64,000 bases of DNA from Nemertoderma westbladi (GCA_032718475.1 JAUCBJ010005384.1:1-64000), one strand, 5' to 3'; positions 10,739 through 23,763 are shown, counted from the first letter of the stretch. Notes: generated from the letters alone by a model not told the origin. A program made the numbers and translations.

Positions 10739-13123
10739 ATGTTAAATGAATCAACTTCTCTTAACCAAACTCCAACAAATAGACTTCATGGATGGAGACT
10801 TACTGTGTTGGTGATTATATTGATGACCTTTCTGTTAATACCAGGATGGGGCATGAACCTACTGGAATCATTTTTCCCTATCGTTGTAGAAAAGCGTGGC
10901 TGGTCTAAGACCCTCATTGGTTTGTTGTTTGCAATTTATCCCCTCGTCCAGGTTATTCTTTACATTGTTTTCCCACATTCCATCACCAACTGGGGATCGC
11001 GAATTTCTTTAGGAATATTTGGCGTCATAGGAACAACATCTCAGCTGCTTTTTGGATTTGTAGAATATATTCCCAACAACATGGGGCATATATTGACCTG
11101 TTTTTTGCTGCGACTGATAATAGGAATTGGTTTAAACCAAGGCGATACCTAATACAGGCCATGACATGGGAGGCCTATGCAAAATTAGCGGAGGCCGACT
11201 TTGTAGAACCGTTAGGAACCATAGAAGTGCGTACCATTTGATTACCACATTTGATTACCTATCCTAACTTTTATCAGAGAATCTTTTAAGACAATTTTTG
11301 TTTTCAATAGTTTGCTACTTTTCCATGGGAGACCCATTATTTTTACGTTGACCGAAAAAAGGAGTTATTTGTAGAAAAAAATTTTCTCAGTTTATAGAGA
11401 GAGTTCATATACTGACTGGTATTATGATGTTTTTTAGAGTGCTAATTACATATTATAAGGTCACATACTCGTTGGTTAGGATACTTTCTTGCTTTTCAGC
11501 ACCCCAAGTATTGCACGAAAAGTGCTGGAAGTCAAAAAATTTCATTAAAAATTAAAGTTAAATTTTCACATGAGATTTTGGTTTTTGAAGTTTTTGGCTG
11601 TTTGGAGTTGCTGAGTTCAATCGAATATGTTTCAAAATTATAAAGTGTCGGTTTTCAGATCCTAGACAAGACACGAAAAGTGCCTGTGACCACGCACGGA
11701 TAAAATTTTTTCATATATTAAATTAAGCTAATTGTGGAATTGACATATAATATTTAAATTAATAATGCAATAATAATAATTATAAGTTTTGAGTTGTGTA
11801 GGTTTCAGAACATAAATTTCATCTTTTTCTTTGTGCTTTTGGCATCCAACGTTGTCATTTGCTGTTCACAATAATTGTTTAAAAATATATTTACAATTAT
11901 GTTGCTCGCTTTCGTTGGGATGCTCCAAAGCCATATATGATTCCGAAAGAAATTCAATGGCTTTCCTTAGTCTCACGCGACACATTTTTGATAAGTCCAC
12001 GCTTTGAATCCAAATGTAACAATACACAATCAAATTGACAAGGTGATCTGAAGGATATTGCAACTTTCCTCTGTTCAGGAAACTAATAAAGTCCGTTACT
12101 ACCGTACATGTTACTACCGTACTACAGTACCGTACAACAGTCTGACAGTACAGTAAGTCAGTAAGTAGGTCGGCCTCCGCTAATTTTGCATAGGCCTCCC
12201 ATGTCATGGCCTGTATTAGGTATCGCCTTGGTTTAAACGTATGTTACACTTACTCCTACAACTTATTAATGGAATTGATGCCAAACCACAGAAGCTTCTT
12301 AGCTGGAATATCTATTGTAATTGCCGATGCGGGATATGCTATCGCGCCAGTATTTGGATCCTCTTTGTTCGCTTCCCTGGGTTTTGAATATCCATTTATC
12401 ATATCGAGTTTGATGTTTCTCTCTGGTGTTCTTTACTGCTGGTACGAGGCGCCTCCTTACCTTTACGATAGACATGAATCTAATGAGGAACGACCAACAT
12501 ATCTTGGATTGTTGAAGAACCCAGCAATTACAATAATCTATATTATCCACCTCTATTTTGCGATGACGGTATATTTTATATTGGCTTATTACGCCTCTTA
12601 TATTCACAGCTACTATCATGTCAATCAATATAATATTGGTTTAGCGTATACGATTCTGGAGGTGTCTAACTCATCTACAGGTTTCTTAGTAACTGTTTTG
12701 ATTAAAAAGTTAAATTTCAAGACAATTTACCCAACTGTTATTGGTGCAACGATACTGTTTGGTTCAATGCAACTAGTAGGGCCGACTGAGATACTTGGTT
12801 TACCTCACTCCTTAGCCCTGTCACTTAGTTCGATGGTCATCCTTGGATTGGGAGCTGGGATAATGCAGATTCCAGCGTTTGAAACACAAACTCGTCTGGC
12901 AGTGAGGGTCTGCGGTTTCCCTGACAATATTGATACCAGGGCTGTTCTCCAACAAGCCCTTAGAATTTCATTTTCCGTAGGTTTCTTACTGGGCGCCGTT
13001 ATTGGCGGTATTCTAAATGATTATTTCGGATTCCAAATTGCTGCTTCACTTCTTAGTCTGATGATTTTGCCTTTTCTTATCACCCTAATAGCCTTACTCG
13101 CTTGTGGATATGTTGATCAGTAA
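10739..13123 (+). pseudogene. MFS transporter (SLC18B1-like), intronless ORF disrupted by a P-element insertion
   Basis: Removing 11138-12238 fuses ..IIGIGLN|VCYTYSY.. in frame to a 427-aa protein with about 12 hydrophobic segments and MFS-like motifs (ESFFP, GLLFAIYP, LLRLIIGIG). Confidence 0.85.
11138..12230 (-). mobile_element. Non-autonomous P-element-like DNA transposon
   Basis: Perfect 62-bp TIRs starting CAAGGCGATACC. 8-bp TSD GTTTAAAC. Internal remnant FISFLNRGKLQYPS resembles the P/THAP9 transposase C-terminal RGGL..PS motif. Confidence 0.85.
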
Positions 13124-13229
13124 AGTACTGTAAGGCCACATTCACTATCTAAATATCTATCTTTAATCGGAATGTTAAATTGATGCTGCATTGAGATTGC
13201 TTCCAAAGCAAAGGCCAAGGTTGAACATA

Positions 13230-13520
13230 CATACATCATCCAGATAAGCAGATAAGCAGACAAAGATAACCAGATGTCGGACTTTCTTAGTTGACAACTC
13301 TTCAATTATCCTTTTACAGAATGGTCTCCATGGTCCCACAACCTTTACCGGACCCATATTGATTTCAAGTGGCAGTTTCTCAATGGGAATCCTGATGCGA
13401 TTTAATAGAATTCTATTGTATAGCTTTGCAGCAATCGAGATCAATGAGATTTCCTGAAAAGAACCATAGAGTGTTAGGTTGCCCTTCTTGGGGACTGGCA
13501 CCAACTTATTTGTTTTCATT
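13230..13520 (-). pseudogene. RTE-type LINE RT remnant (upstream part probably at 18060-18270)
   Basis: LVPVPKKGNL..ISLISIAAKLYNRILLNRIR. The upstream piece ISFAEVKTAAKSIKINRA lies beyond the Harbinger insertion. Confidence 0.75.
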
Positions 13521-14512
13521 TCTTGTGGGACTCTTGTTGTTCAGGGGTGGGTTGCTGGACGCGCTATTAGTGGAAAAGCGCTATTAGGATTAAAAGGGCT
13601 ATTAGCACAAATAGTGCTATTAGTAAATAGCGACTTTAAAAAGCGTTGCCTGAAACATTATTAATAGCCCTTTTTACTAATAGGATTATTAGTGCTAATA
13701 GGGCTTCTTTAATAGCGCTATTAGTAATTAAATAATAATAATACCATCTCGTCACTATAGCTCTATCACTATTTCTAGAATTCAAGTTTGAGTATTAAAT
13801 ATTAATTGTAAAAGATAAAGTCCCTACAAGTAGTCCACTCAATCGAGGAAAAAAGATGGGGGGGGGGGGGGGGGGGGGGGGGCAAACGTCTATCAAAACT
13901 AATTCGCTAAAACTAAACTCCTTAACTTAAAATTAAAACTTTTATAACATAATGACAGCTATACTTTTGTGTTTAAAACTTGATTTATTTATTTACATCA
14001 TTTCATACAAATTATTTGTACTGTAGGCCTATGTATTACGGTCCTACAGTATTTCGATCTGCGTTCGAGCATAGAAATGTATAAAATTTGACTAGAAAAT
14101 AAATTTTTCTGTCACTAAAATTTGCGATAGGAAGGAAATATATTATGGGTCTTAGCTAAATTTACTGGACCAAATATACGAAAGGATATTCTCATTATAC
14201 CACAGACTAACTTAGACATTAAGATGGCGAAAAGAAATCGAAAGCCAGCATGGAATGATAAAGAACGAGCCTGTCTAGTGGAATGCTTTAGACCACCCCC
14301 GCGTCAATAAATAATATAATAAAACTAAAAAGTTGAATTAATATTTATTTATTTTTATTTATTTATATTCGTACATGGCAAATCAAATATATATATATGA
14401 ATAATGCACAGTACACCAATAATGAAAGTAATGGTTATATAACCTAGCACAAAAGTCTATATTAGGTAAGTAATATAATACCACTAAAATTAATAAGAGG
14501 AATGATTAACGC

Positions 14513-15284
14513 TTAATAAGATGATACGTAATTCACAATATCAAGTAACTCTGCTCTGGAGAAGCCTTCAACAGACATATTATCTCCGGCGAGTACATTA
14601 CATAGATCCTTACATACACCAATTCGCCACAAGTTATCACTAGAAGTTCTAGAATATACCAACACAGACGAAACACATTTAGCATTTAGGTTAAATAAAT
14701 TATCAATATTACAAACATTGGCAATGCGCCTTAGATTTAACCCAGTTCTCGTTCTACAATCAAATTCCGTTAGATTAGCTAACAAGCGAATGCACAATTT
14801 ATTAGAAGCACGTAAACTCAATGTAAAAGATACGAATTGTTTACAAAGCATAACCCAAGGATGACAAAAATCTACTATATTCTCAACAATGAAACGGTGA
14901 GAATTAAACGGTAATCCCCAAACCCGCCTAATATTTTTATTCCATGTAGTAAGTACTTGAGTGCATTGCGGTGACCACAAGTCCCACAGTGGGCTCCCAT
15001 AAAAATTCATACAGTACAGACGTTGCACACGGGATAAGACACCTGGCGAATCGAAACTAAATTCCTGTCTCAGATAAGCCAGCTTCCCATAGACAATCAC
15101 AATCCGGAAAATTCCGCTTAAAAATTAAAGATCCATGCTCCAACAAAAAATGTTCTTGTATACAAACTATTTGGCAACCGAGCAGAAGAGATTTAATAAA
15201 CTCAATTTTATCTAATGCAAATCCTGTCGAGTTAATAGAGGAAATACAAAAATTTCCTATTGTGGTGTTATTTAGGATAGCCAT
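14513..15284 (-). pseudogene. LINE ORF2 deletion product (endonuclease N-terminus fused to RT C-terminus)
   Basis: SINSTG..IVCIQEHFL joined at ~15095 to YCMNFYGSPLWDL..WNKNIRRVWGLP. RT core absent. Confidence 0.85.
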
Positions 15285-15361
15285 TTCAAAAGAGTATATT
15301 TAAAGAAACACATAAACAAATCCAATATAAATAATTATGAAACAAAATTAAACGCCCCGAC

Positions 15362-16915
15362 TCACGACCCACGGTCGGCAACTGATCCTGCTCCGCCCCC
15401 GGTGATATTATTCACGCCCCTGACAGTTTCAGTTGAGTTAGTAGGTCTGAAGTTACCTCCCGCTGGGCGCCCCGCATCGTTGTTGGAGGAATAGCGCCAC
15501 CGACGAACGCAGACACCCACAGGCCACGTTGTAGGGTTGAGGGCCGCTTCTAGGTCGTTCTGTTTAACCGTAATCTTAAAACTGGCAGTGCGAGCGAGCG
15601 AACTCGATTTAAGTTGCACATCCGCACCTGCAATTGCAATGTTGCGGCTTGACAACCACGAAACAATATCCTCAGGCGTGGTTGAATGAGTACACCTAAA
15701 CATGAAGATGTCGCATGGCGCTGCTGATAGCCTGGAGCTACCAGCCCCTCCGTTGCCACCCCCAGCGTTGGCGGTCCCAACCACGAACGGTTGTCGACGC
15801 CGACGTCGATTTTCCACGAGCGTGTAACCCTCGTCTAACTCCGCTGGGTCAGACTCGACCCGTGGTCGCTTGGCGCTACCGGACCGACCGGGTGTCGATA
15901 CTGCAGTAAGCGATGGTCGTCGAGACAAATTAATTCTATTCAATGTACCGGTAGGAGCATTGGGCGGATGATTGGACTGCCCGGACGTTACAGAGCTACT
16001 GTATAACTGCCTGTTTAGTGACGGTGGTTGGGCCAATGTCATCGAAGGCATACCGGTAGCGGTCGGGACAGGCCTCCCGATACCTACTGGGATCCCGGAC
16101 ACAGAAGGGACAGAGACCACTGGCTGTGGAGGAAATGGACATGAAATTCTGTTAAGTTGAGACATTAAACGTGATTCTAGACTGCGTAATTGATTATCAA
16201 CTGACTTCTGTAAGTCATCTATCTTATCATTAACCAGTTCCAACTGAGTTGTACGTTCTAACTCCGATACACCGCCGTCACGGCCCCCGGCACTCTGGTT
16301 GATTGAAGACGACGTTATTTTAGGTAAACTCAATGCATCTAATGCTAGAACGGCAATAGTTGGCTGCTTACCAGCCAAATCCAACTCACTAAGATACTGA
16401 AAAGTATCCTTCAAATTAGCGAATGCTGCAGACCTTTCAGCCGTGTCACGTCCACGTCTATGTATAAGCTGACGATCGAAAGAACCAACCTTATTAAATA
16501 GCTCCAATTTCGCTCCCAGTATTTCCTCTGGTGTAAACCTTGAAAGAATCACTGTGGATGTAACGTCGAAAGTCGATGTGGACATCCCTTGCAACAATAA
16601 CGCTAAGCACGAATTTACTATGACTACCGGTACAGGTAAGTCGGCAGCACCATCAGTACTGCCTCTGCAAGGCAGATCTTCATTTCCCACATTACAGGTA
16701 CTGATATCCATTGAGTCAGGCTCAGGACTAACTACAGGACCAGCTCCGCCGTCGACCTCTTGGCCTACCTCTCCATTATCAGATGGAGACAGACAGTCGT
16801 AATATCCCTCTTTACCATTACCGTTAACAGTTCCCCTGCCAGACCTACGGGGACGAATCGCATCACCTCCTGCGGTATTACCGCTACCGCTACAGTTCCC
16901 TCCAGGCGCAGGCAT
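15362..16915 (-). CDS. LINE ORF1 protein (517 aa)
   Basis: Uninterrupted ORF with a coiled-coil segment and a C-terminal DIFMFR..SFKITV..WPVGVCVRRW module typical of CR1/L2-group ORF1. Confidence 0.85.
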   Translation of the reverse strand: MPAPGGNCSGSGNTAGGDAIRPRRSGRGTVNGNGKEGYYDCLSPSDNGEVGQEVDGGAGPVVSPEPDSMDISTCNVGNEDLPCRGSTDGAADLPVPVVIVNSCLALLLQGMSTSTFDVTSTVILSRFTPEEILGAKLELFNKVGSFDRQLIHRRGRDTAERSAAFANLKDTFQYLSELDLAGKQPTIAVLALDALSLPKITSSSINQSAGGRDGGVSELERTTQLELVNDKIDDLQKSVDNQLRSLESRLMSQLNRISCPFPPQPVVSVPSVSGIPVGIGRPVPTATGMPSMTLAQPPSLNRQLYSSSVTSGQSNHPPNAPTGTLNRINLSRRPSLTAVSTPGRSGSAKRPRVESDPAELDEGYTLVENRRRRRQPFVVGTANAGGGNGGAGSSRLSAAPCDIFMFRCTHSTTPEDIVSWLSSRNIAIAGADVQLKSSSLARTASFKITVKQNDLEAALNPTTWPVGVCVRRWRYSSNNDAGRPAGGNFRPTNSTETVRGVNNITGGGAGSVADRGS

Positions 16916-17853
16916 AGATATAGATCAGTATGCAGTCAGCAGTAGTGGAGGAGATGAGGAGAACCCGGCTGCCCGGAAGCGGCCCAAGCACTGAAATATT
17001 ACAAGAAATAAATAGCACAAAATATAAAACTATCAGACTTAGTTAACTATATAAATATATCTATAAATATATAAATATAATTTATATATTAATTAATCAT
17101 ATCTCTTAAAATCGTCGCGAATGAAATCTGAAATGTCTATAATAGCTGATTTATCAAACCGAATCCTTTGGATAAGTTCTTTGTCACTGAAAACCTCAAA
17201 TGGGTGGTCTTTACTTTTTAATACGCGCTCACGATTTAACTGCATTTGAGTTATGTTGTCAAGCATCAACATAGAATGCACTGACATATTAATAAACAAA
17301 CTTGCATGTCTAAGATACCGAATTAAAAACATAGGAAATAATATATTTCTAGAATCTAATTAGGGTAATATATCGCCATGGAGTCAACCCTCTACGTTTT
17401 TTGGACTTCGTAGCTTTAAGTTACTTTTAATGATCATTATAACTTCTAATATTTGTTCTAGTATAGTATGATTATTCTAGAATATATTTGACATTAAAAC
17501 ATTTTATATATTCATTGTTCTAGAACAAATGTGGCCACAAAAAATGGGATATTAATGATGTTATGGTTAAATATGTTAAATATATAATGCATTATTGTTA
17601 TAGCCTTTAATTGCAACTAAAAGGTGCTTCGAAGTAACTTTTAACCCCTATTAGTGGCTCCATAGAAAATAATTGTCTTACTAAAAGCGCTTTTAGCAGA
17701 CTAAAAGCGCTTTTAGGTTAAAGGGGTTTCAAGCGAAATTATTAAGCTAATAGCGTTATTTAAAGTTTTTTAGAAGTGCTTTTAACCAATAGGGGTTAAG
17801 TAAGGTGTCCAGCAACCCACCCCTGTACATTTAGTATTGTATTTTGTGTTATT

Positions 17854-17937
17854 GTTTACGTGGTAACTCATGACGGCGTTAAGTAATGTCACACTAAGGG
17901 GACATTACTTAACGCCGTCATTGGATACCACGTAAAC
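17854..17937. repeat. 84-bp near-perfect hairpin (minimal MITE-like)
   Basis: 37-bp arms GTTTACGTGGTA..GTAATGTC / GACATTAC..TACCACGTAAAC with a 10-nt loop. Confidence 0.8.
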
Positions 17938-19079
17938 TATATTTGGATATTTGCCTGACAGCCACATAGGCCTACTACATTACCTACCGGTAGGCGGGGT
18001 ACATTGCTCGGTACATGTCTACTATGATGGGATAGATGAGCTTTAAACACTCTGGTATTTTACATACCTCTTATGGGGACACAATCTGGACACGAACTGG
18101 CACGATTGATCTTAATGCTCTTTGCAGCAGTCTTCACTTCAGCAAAGGAGATATCGCCAATGGGTATACATGGGAGTACAGACTCAGAAAGCTTTTGTGC
18201 CCCAAAGTTCAGGCATAACCTGTCATTATTTAGGAGCTTTTCAAAGTGAGCCTTCCTACCATTGATCACTATAGCAAAGGTTTTATCTGAGACTTACAGC
18301 CCACAAATACTATAGTTTTTTAGTACAGTCGAATCGATTGGACTAAAAAACTACAGTATATATTTAAAGCACAACTGCTACTCAAGGAGGAACTGCGATG
18401 GAATAGCTAAACTTAATCTTCACTTTTTGTACTGATTTTGGTGAGAATAAGCCTACCGATTGTAATCGATTGACTAGCTAGTATATTCTCATAATATTTC
18501 CCACAATCTTGAACAAATTCATGTTTCGGTTATATTACCTCAATTTTATTTGGAATTGTATATCGCCGTCTCCATGACAGCTACTGTATGAATAGAAGCA
18601 CTTCAAACTTATAATAGGCATTCCTTACTGCGGTTGTAAATGGTTATGTTTCAACAGTAAATAGACCGTTTTAGACGCGGTAAAAAATGTTTAGGATCCC
18701 AAAGTAAGTGTGACATGTTGCCAATGGCAACGCCTCAAGCTAATTTAGCAAGGTTGCTACATATTATTAAAAAATCTAAGTTAAAACATGTATAACTTGC
18801 ATTTAAAATGTCAATGCGTTGTCTCATTGTATGTTGGTTGAAAGATTACAGTATGCCTGGGTAGATGCTAGACATGTGTGAAGTTGGTAAGACTCTGCAG
18901 TCAGTATATATAACTATATTCCTGTATATATAGTGGCAACGGACGAAGGGTTGGTTGGTTTTTGTTGAAAATGTGTATGTAGACATTGATTATTATAATT
19001 AGGGACCACACCATAGCAACGGGGGGTCTTTACCATAGCAACAAGGTATCAAGAATATTTTCTGAACAGCCAATTGGAA

Positions 19080-19590
19080 TACCAAATGAATACCAAAACA
19101 CAAAAGTAAAATTTGTCCAATAGGGATCGGGGAATCACTAAGACGGGTTATTGGGAAGTGTATGGCTGATGCAACAGGTGGTGACGTGCAAGAACTGGGG
19201 GGTGTCGACCAACTGTGTAATGGGTTGTCTGTCGGAATAGAGTCTTCTATACATGTCATTAGAGACCTCTGGGATGAACACACCTGTCAGGGATGGTGAG
19301 TGTTATTAGTCGATGCGAAGAACGCTTTCAATTCCATCAATAGAATCACAGCTCTGTGGAATATTCGAATATTCTGGCCTCGTTGTGCTCGATTCTTTTT
19401 TAATAGCTACCGAGGTTACTCAATTCTGGTTCTCCATGGGCCTTCCGGAACTCTCCATTTACTTAGCAGAGAAGGGATCACACAGGGAGACCCACTGTCA
19501 ATGCTGAGATATGCTGTCGCTGTCTACCCCCTTATCCTAGAAGTGAAATCTGACGAATATAATCAGGTATGGTTTGCAGATAATTCAGAG
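19080..19590 (+). pseudogene. CRE-like non-LTR retrotransposon RT remnant
   Basis: [46 protein letters not shown]. Confidence 0.85.
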
Positions 19591-19599
19591 AACACGTTC

Positions 19600-20204
19600 G
19601 TGGGGACTTCGCGCAGCACGTAGTCGGCAAGCCTTGGCATACCGTTCATATAGAGCAAATGGGGCATGTCTAGTTTGGACCCAATATCCCATGCTATAAA
19701 TGTATTCATTCGATATACAATCATATGTTAATCCGCTAGGTGGTGTCAAATTGTTATTCTGCAATTTCGTACTTACCAGTGCAGCACTGTACAGCAGTAC
19801 CGTACCGGTAGGCCTATGTCATTACTTCTGAGTCTCTAGCAGATCCCCAATTAAATGTCTTAACTTTTCAATTTCGTAAAAGATAGACTTCATGATTCTC
19901 TACAAGCAACCAAAATTTCAGCTCAGGAAAATGAGGCGTTCCCGAGAAATTTAACATTTTCTAAAAACCACATAATCTGTCGTAGCTGACGTCAGACTGC
20001 ATGATTTTTCACCAAACTTTACAAACTTTCTAAACTTTCTCTCTACTACTTACCTACTAAGTTTGGTTCAATTCCGAACGAGCGTTGCCGAGAAATTCGC
20101 GTTCAAACATTTACCAGACAGACGGACGGACAGACAGACGGACATGCCCCATTTGCCCTATATGAACCGTATGCCAAGGCTCGCCGACTACGTGTCTCGC
20201 CCCA
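19600..20204. mobile_element. Non-autonomous element with ~55-bp inverted repeats and a (CAGA/CGGA)n tract (HINE/DINE-1-like)
   Basis: ACGTAGTCGGC..GGGGCATGTC inverted at 19618-19670 and 20142-20194. Internal CAGACAGACGGACGGACAGAC. Confidence 0.65.
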
Positions 20205-20239
20205 CACAGCGACATATTCATATGTAAACAAGGCTTCAA

Positions 20240-20456
20240 GAATTGGCAAAGTGAAAATTGTGCAGATTGGCCGGGAAAATAACATAGAGGCTACGGGACA
20301 AAGAAAATACTAACCAATGGCTGGTTATTTCATCACAAGAGCTCTATACCAAAATAAACGCTAAAGGGCGTAAGTTAGTTAAGTTTAGCTAACGTAAGTT
20401 AGAGTAGTTCGCGTATTGCACAAAAACGACACATTTTTGCCGCAAAAGCTTTTACA
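20240..20456 (-). mobile_element. LTR family A 5' fragment, likely a 3' LTR
   Basis: GCAAAAGCTTTTACA is the reverse complement of the family A start. It is preceded on the minus strand by purine-rich AAAGGGGCTT. Confidence 0.6.
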
Positions 20457-20710
20457 AAGCCCCTTTGGAAACTCAACATATCTTTTTTTGTGGCAGCAAT
20501 ATATATAATTTTTTTATTTATATTCATTTGTTAACAATGGGCCAGCAGCTTCCTTTTCTGCATTATGTTTTTGTTTGAAGTTGAAATTTAAACTAAAATA
20601 AATTTCAGAGCATAATATTGTGACTGTATTCTGCTGTATAATTAATTTTGAGTATTAAATTAATTATAATGTACATGGTCTGGTTCCAAATCCTGAAAAT
20701 ACGCCTAGAA

Positions 20711-23700
20711 AATGATGGCGAAGGCAAATTTGGGTAATAACTGGCATCCAACGGTTTTAATCTAAATCGAGTGTGCTGATTCCGAATCCGTCTGATGCGA
20801 AGATCCATTGTGAATTTTTGGGTCCCGTTTCACCATGGCAACATGAGGTCATTTGCAAAACACCATTTTCTATTGACTCTACAGAATTCTAACCTTGACC
20901 TACCCCCCTAAACCGGCATCAGAGAATCCATTGAGGTACATTTTATAACCCAGTTGGCCAGTTACCATGGAAACTGTTCGAAATACGTCTTCAAATGTCG
21001 TTTTTACTGAAAATTTAGGTGAATGTTTTGAAATTGCAATACTTTTCTAAACCATTGCCAAATACGTGTTCCCCTTGGGCTAAAATCATGAAACATTCCA
21101 AATATATTGTCAATATGACCCTCTATAATTTTAATGGTGGCACCATAAAAAGGGGTTAGCAGTTGCCATGTATCCATGGAAATAACTAGCAAAAAATAAC
21201 CTTGTGCAATGTTTCATCACTTTACATTAGTTTTTATATAAGAGGAGCAAGTTATCTGTGATCTGTGATGGCATGTTTTGCATAACAATGATAATTTTTG
21301 CATAGCAACGGCCATTTTAGCTTATCAACGACGTGTTTTCCTTTTCACAGCGGTATTTTCACAACAAAAACATATTTTATACAGTACATAAAAGGTGTGT
21401 TTTACAATGACAAACAACTATGTTTTTGTTCTTTCCATAGCAACGGTAAGTTTAAGTTACAAAATATAAATAACGTAGATTTTTCACTTGCTAAGGACAC
21501 TAGCTATAGGAAATATATTAAATATAAATTGTCCTATTGACACTATGGAAGTCGCAGACGACTTAAGAGAAGCGCGCCAGTTGATTATAACTTGTGTATT
21601 ATTTGCCTGGAACATTGGCTGGACTTGCCTTTAGTAAACAATACGTTACTATGTAAAAACAATCCGTTGCTAAGGTAAACTCGTCATTACTATATAAACG
21701 TCGCCGTTGCTAAGGATAAACTTAGCGTTGCTATGGAAAAAACAAAAACATCGTTGATTGCCACTGTAAAACTCACCTTTTATGTACTGTATAAAATATG
21801 TTTTTGTTGTGAAAAGACCTATGTGAAAATGAAAACCCGTCGTTGCTAAGCTAAAGTAGCCGTTGCTATGCAAATATTATCATGGTTATGCAAAAATGCC
21901 ATCACTACAGATAACTTGCTTCTCTTATATAAAACCTTGCAAAAAACATGTTAATGCTATGAAAAACCCAATGTTCTTATGAAAAACCCCCGGTTGCTGT
22001 GGTAAACTTTCGTTGCTAAGAACATAAAGTTAATTCAAATACTGTATATTTTAGTAATTTGGTATACGTCCCATATTTTAAAATATGACCGAACTGCACT
22101 ATTTCAAAAATATTGGGAAACACAACAGTTATTCCCGTATTAGGAGAAAAGCTCCCGTTGCAATGACCATAAAACATGACTTTGTCAAATAGAATAACTA
22201 CAGAAGACCCCATATTATCAAAAATCCTTAAATTATTAACCTCTAAAACGAATAAAATGCCAAATTGATATTGGAAATACATAAATAATAAAATATGCCC
22301 ATTGCTATAGTAACAATAGAATAATGACTTCGTTTGAGATCATGAATGTTGACTATATAACATATTGATATGCATCTGAAATACATATTGTATGACATGT
22401 TTCTGACGGATATTCCACATATTACAAAATGTTCCCGTTGCTATGGTAATAAGAAAAGACCTGCTGCGTCGGTAAATAATTGTATTGGGTTATGAACATG
22501 AAGGGTAATTGACTCTAAATGGATTTATTTTTAAACTGATAACTATATGTAAAGTGATGAAACATTGCACAAGGTTATTTTTTGCTAGTTATTTCCTTGG
22601 ATAAATGGCAACTGCTAATCCCTTTTTATGGTGCCACCATTAAAATTATAGAGGGTCATATTGACAATATATTTGGAATGTTTCATGATTTTAGCCCAAG
22701 GGGAACACGTATTTGGCAATGGTTTAGAAAACTAATGAAATTTCAAAAAAATCACCTAAATTTTCAATAAAAACTACATTTTTTTTGAAGACGTATTTCT
22801 AACAGTTGCCATGGTACCTGGGATCATGGTACGCTTCAAATACGTAAGGGAAAGGCATGGGCAGCCTTGAATAGGCTTTCCAGGATTTGGAAGTCACCGA
22901 GAATTAATGGGAAACTTAAGGTCCGATTATTTAGAGCAGCAGTAGCTCCAGTACTCCTCTATGGGAGTCCATGCTGGGCTCTAACCGCTGAGGACACCAA
23001 ATCTCTGGATGGCACATTCACAAGAATGCTACGCCGGGTTCATTGTGTCAAGTACAATGCACACATCTCCAACAAGACACTATATAACATTGGGGGTGTC
23101 TCATTGGTTCCCCCAAGCTTGACAATATAACAAAATCGCCTCCGCTTTGCAGGACATTGCTTTCGCCGTGAGGACCAGCCCGTGCATAATCTTGTACTTT
23201 GTTAGCCTCATGGAGTGAATAAGCATGGTGGACAGCCCATGACTTTCTTGAGACGCATCTTATAGGACACTGGCCTTAAAGATGCGGATGATCTAGCAAA
23301 TGTCATGGGTGATAGAGAGTTGTGGCGGCGCAATTTTGTCGGCAAGACGGCACAGCATTATTAAAAATGCAGCTGCAATGCAGCATGCCAATCCTAGTAG
23401 TAGTAGTAGTTATTACATGGTAGATCTAATGATATATTTATTAATGACATATGATATATGATATATGATATATATAATGATATATATTAATGATTATTAA
23501 TGATATATATAATTTATAACTCGGTTATAAAATGTACCTCAATGGATTCTCTGATGCCGGTTTAGGGGGGGTAGGTAAAGGTTAGAATTATGAAGAGTCA
23601 ATAGAAAGTGGTGTTTTGCAAATGACCTCCAGTTGCCATGGTGAAACGGGACCCAAAAATTCAGAATTGAGCTTGGCATCAGACGGATTCGGAATCAGCA

Positions 23701-23763
23701 CAGTCTATTTAGCTTAAAACCGTTGGATGCCAGTCATTACCCAAATTTGCCTTCGCCATCATT
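20711..23763. mobile_element. Foldback-like non-autonomous element with long nested inverted repeats
   Basis: The ~500-bp arm 20711-21230 is inverted at 22548-22820 plus 23515-23763. A second inverted pair lies at ~21230-21450 / 21720-21932. Confidence 0.75.
22817..23410 (+). mobile_element. 5'-truncated RTE LINE 3' end
   Basis: LKVRLFRAAVAPVLLYGSPCW..RLRFAGHCFR, with a (TAG)n tail. Close to the copy at 44657-45257. Confidence 0.88.

Larger units (their letters stand above)
14341..17030 (-). mobile_element. CR1/L2-group LINE with intact ORF1 and internally deleted ORF2
   Basis: ORF1, then APE N-terminus, then RT C-terminal region, then (AATA)n tail at ~14341-14367. 5' boundary approximate. 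Confidence 0.82.
13542..17825. mobile_element. PIF/Harbinger transposon, internally deleted, hosting a LINE
   Basis: 19-bp TIR CAGGGGTGGGTTGCTGGAC at both ends. Myb/SANT-like start MAKRNRKPAWNDKERACLVECF (+, 14224). HARBI1-like N-terminus RERVLKSKDHPFEVFSDKELIQRIRF (-, ~17100-17260). Confidence 0.85.

Noticed and set aside
21004-22770. Duplicated small protein genes (62-aa and 67-80-aa pairs)
   Set aside because: Chance ORFs duplicated by the inverted-repeat arms.
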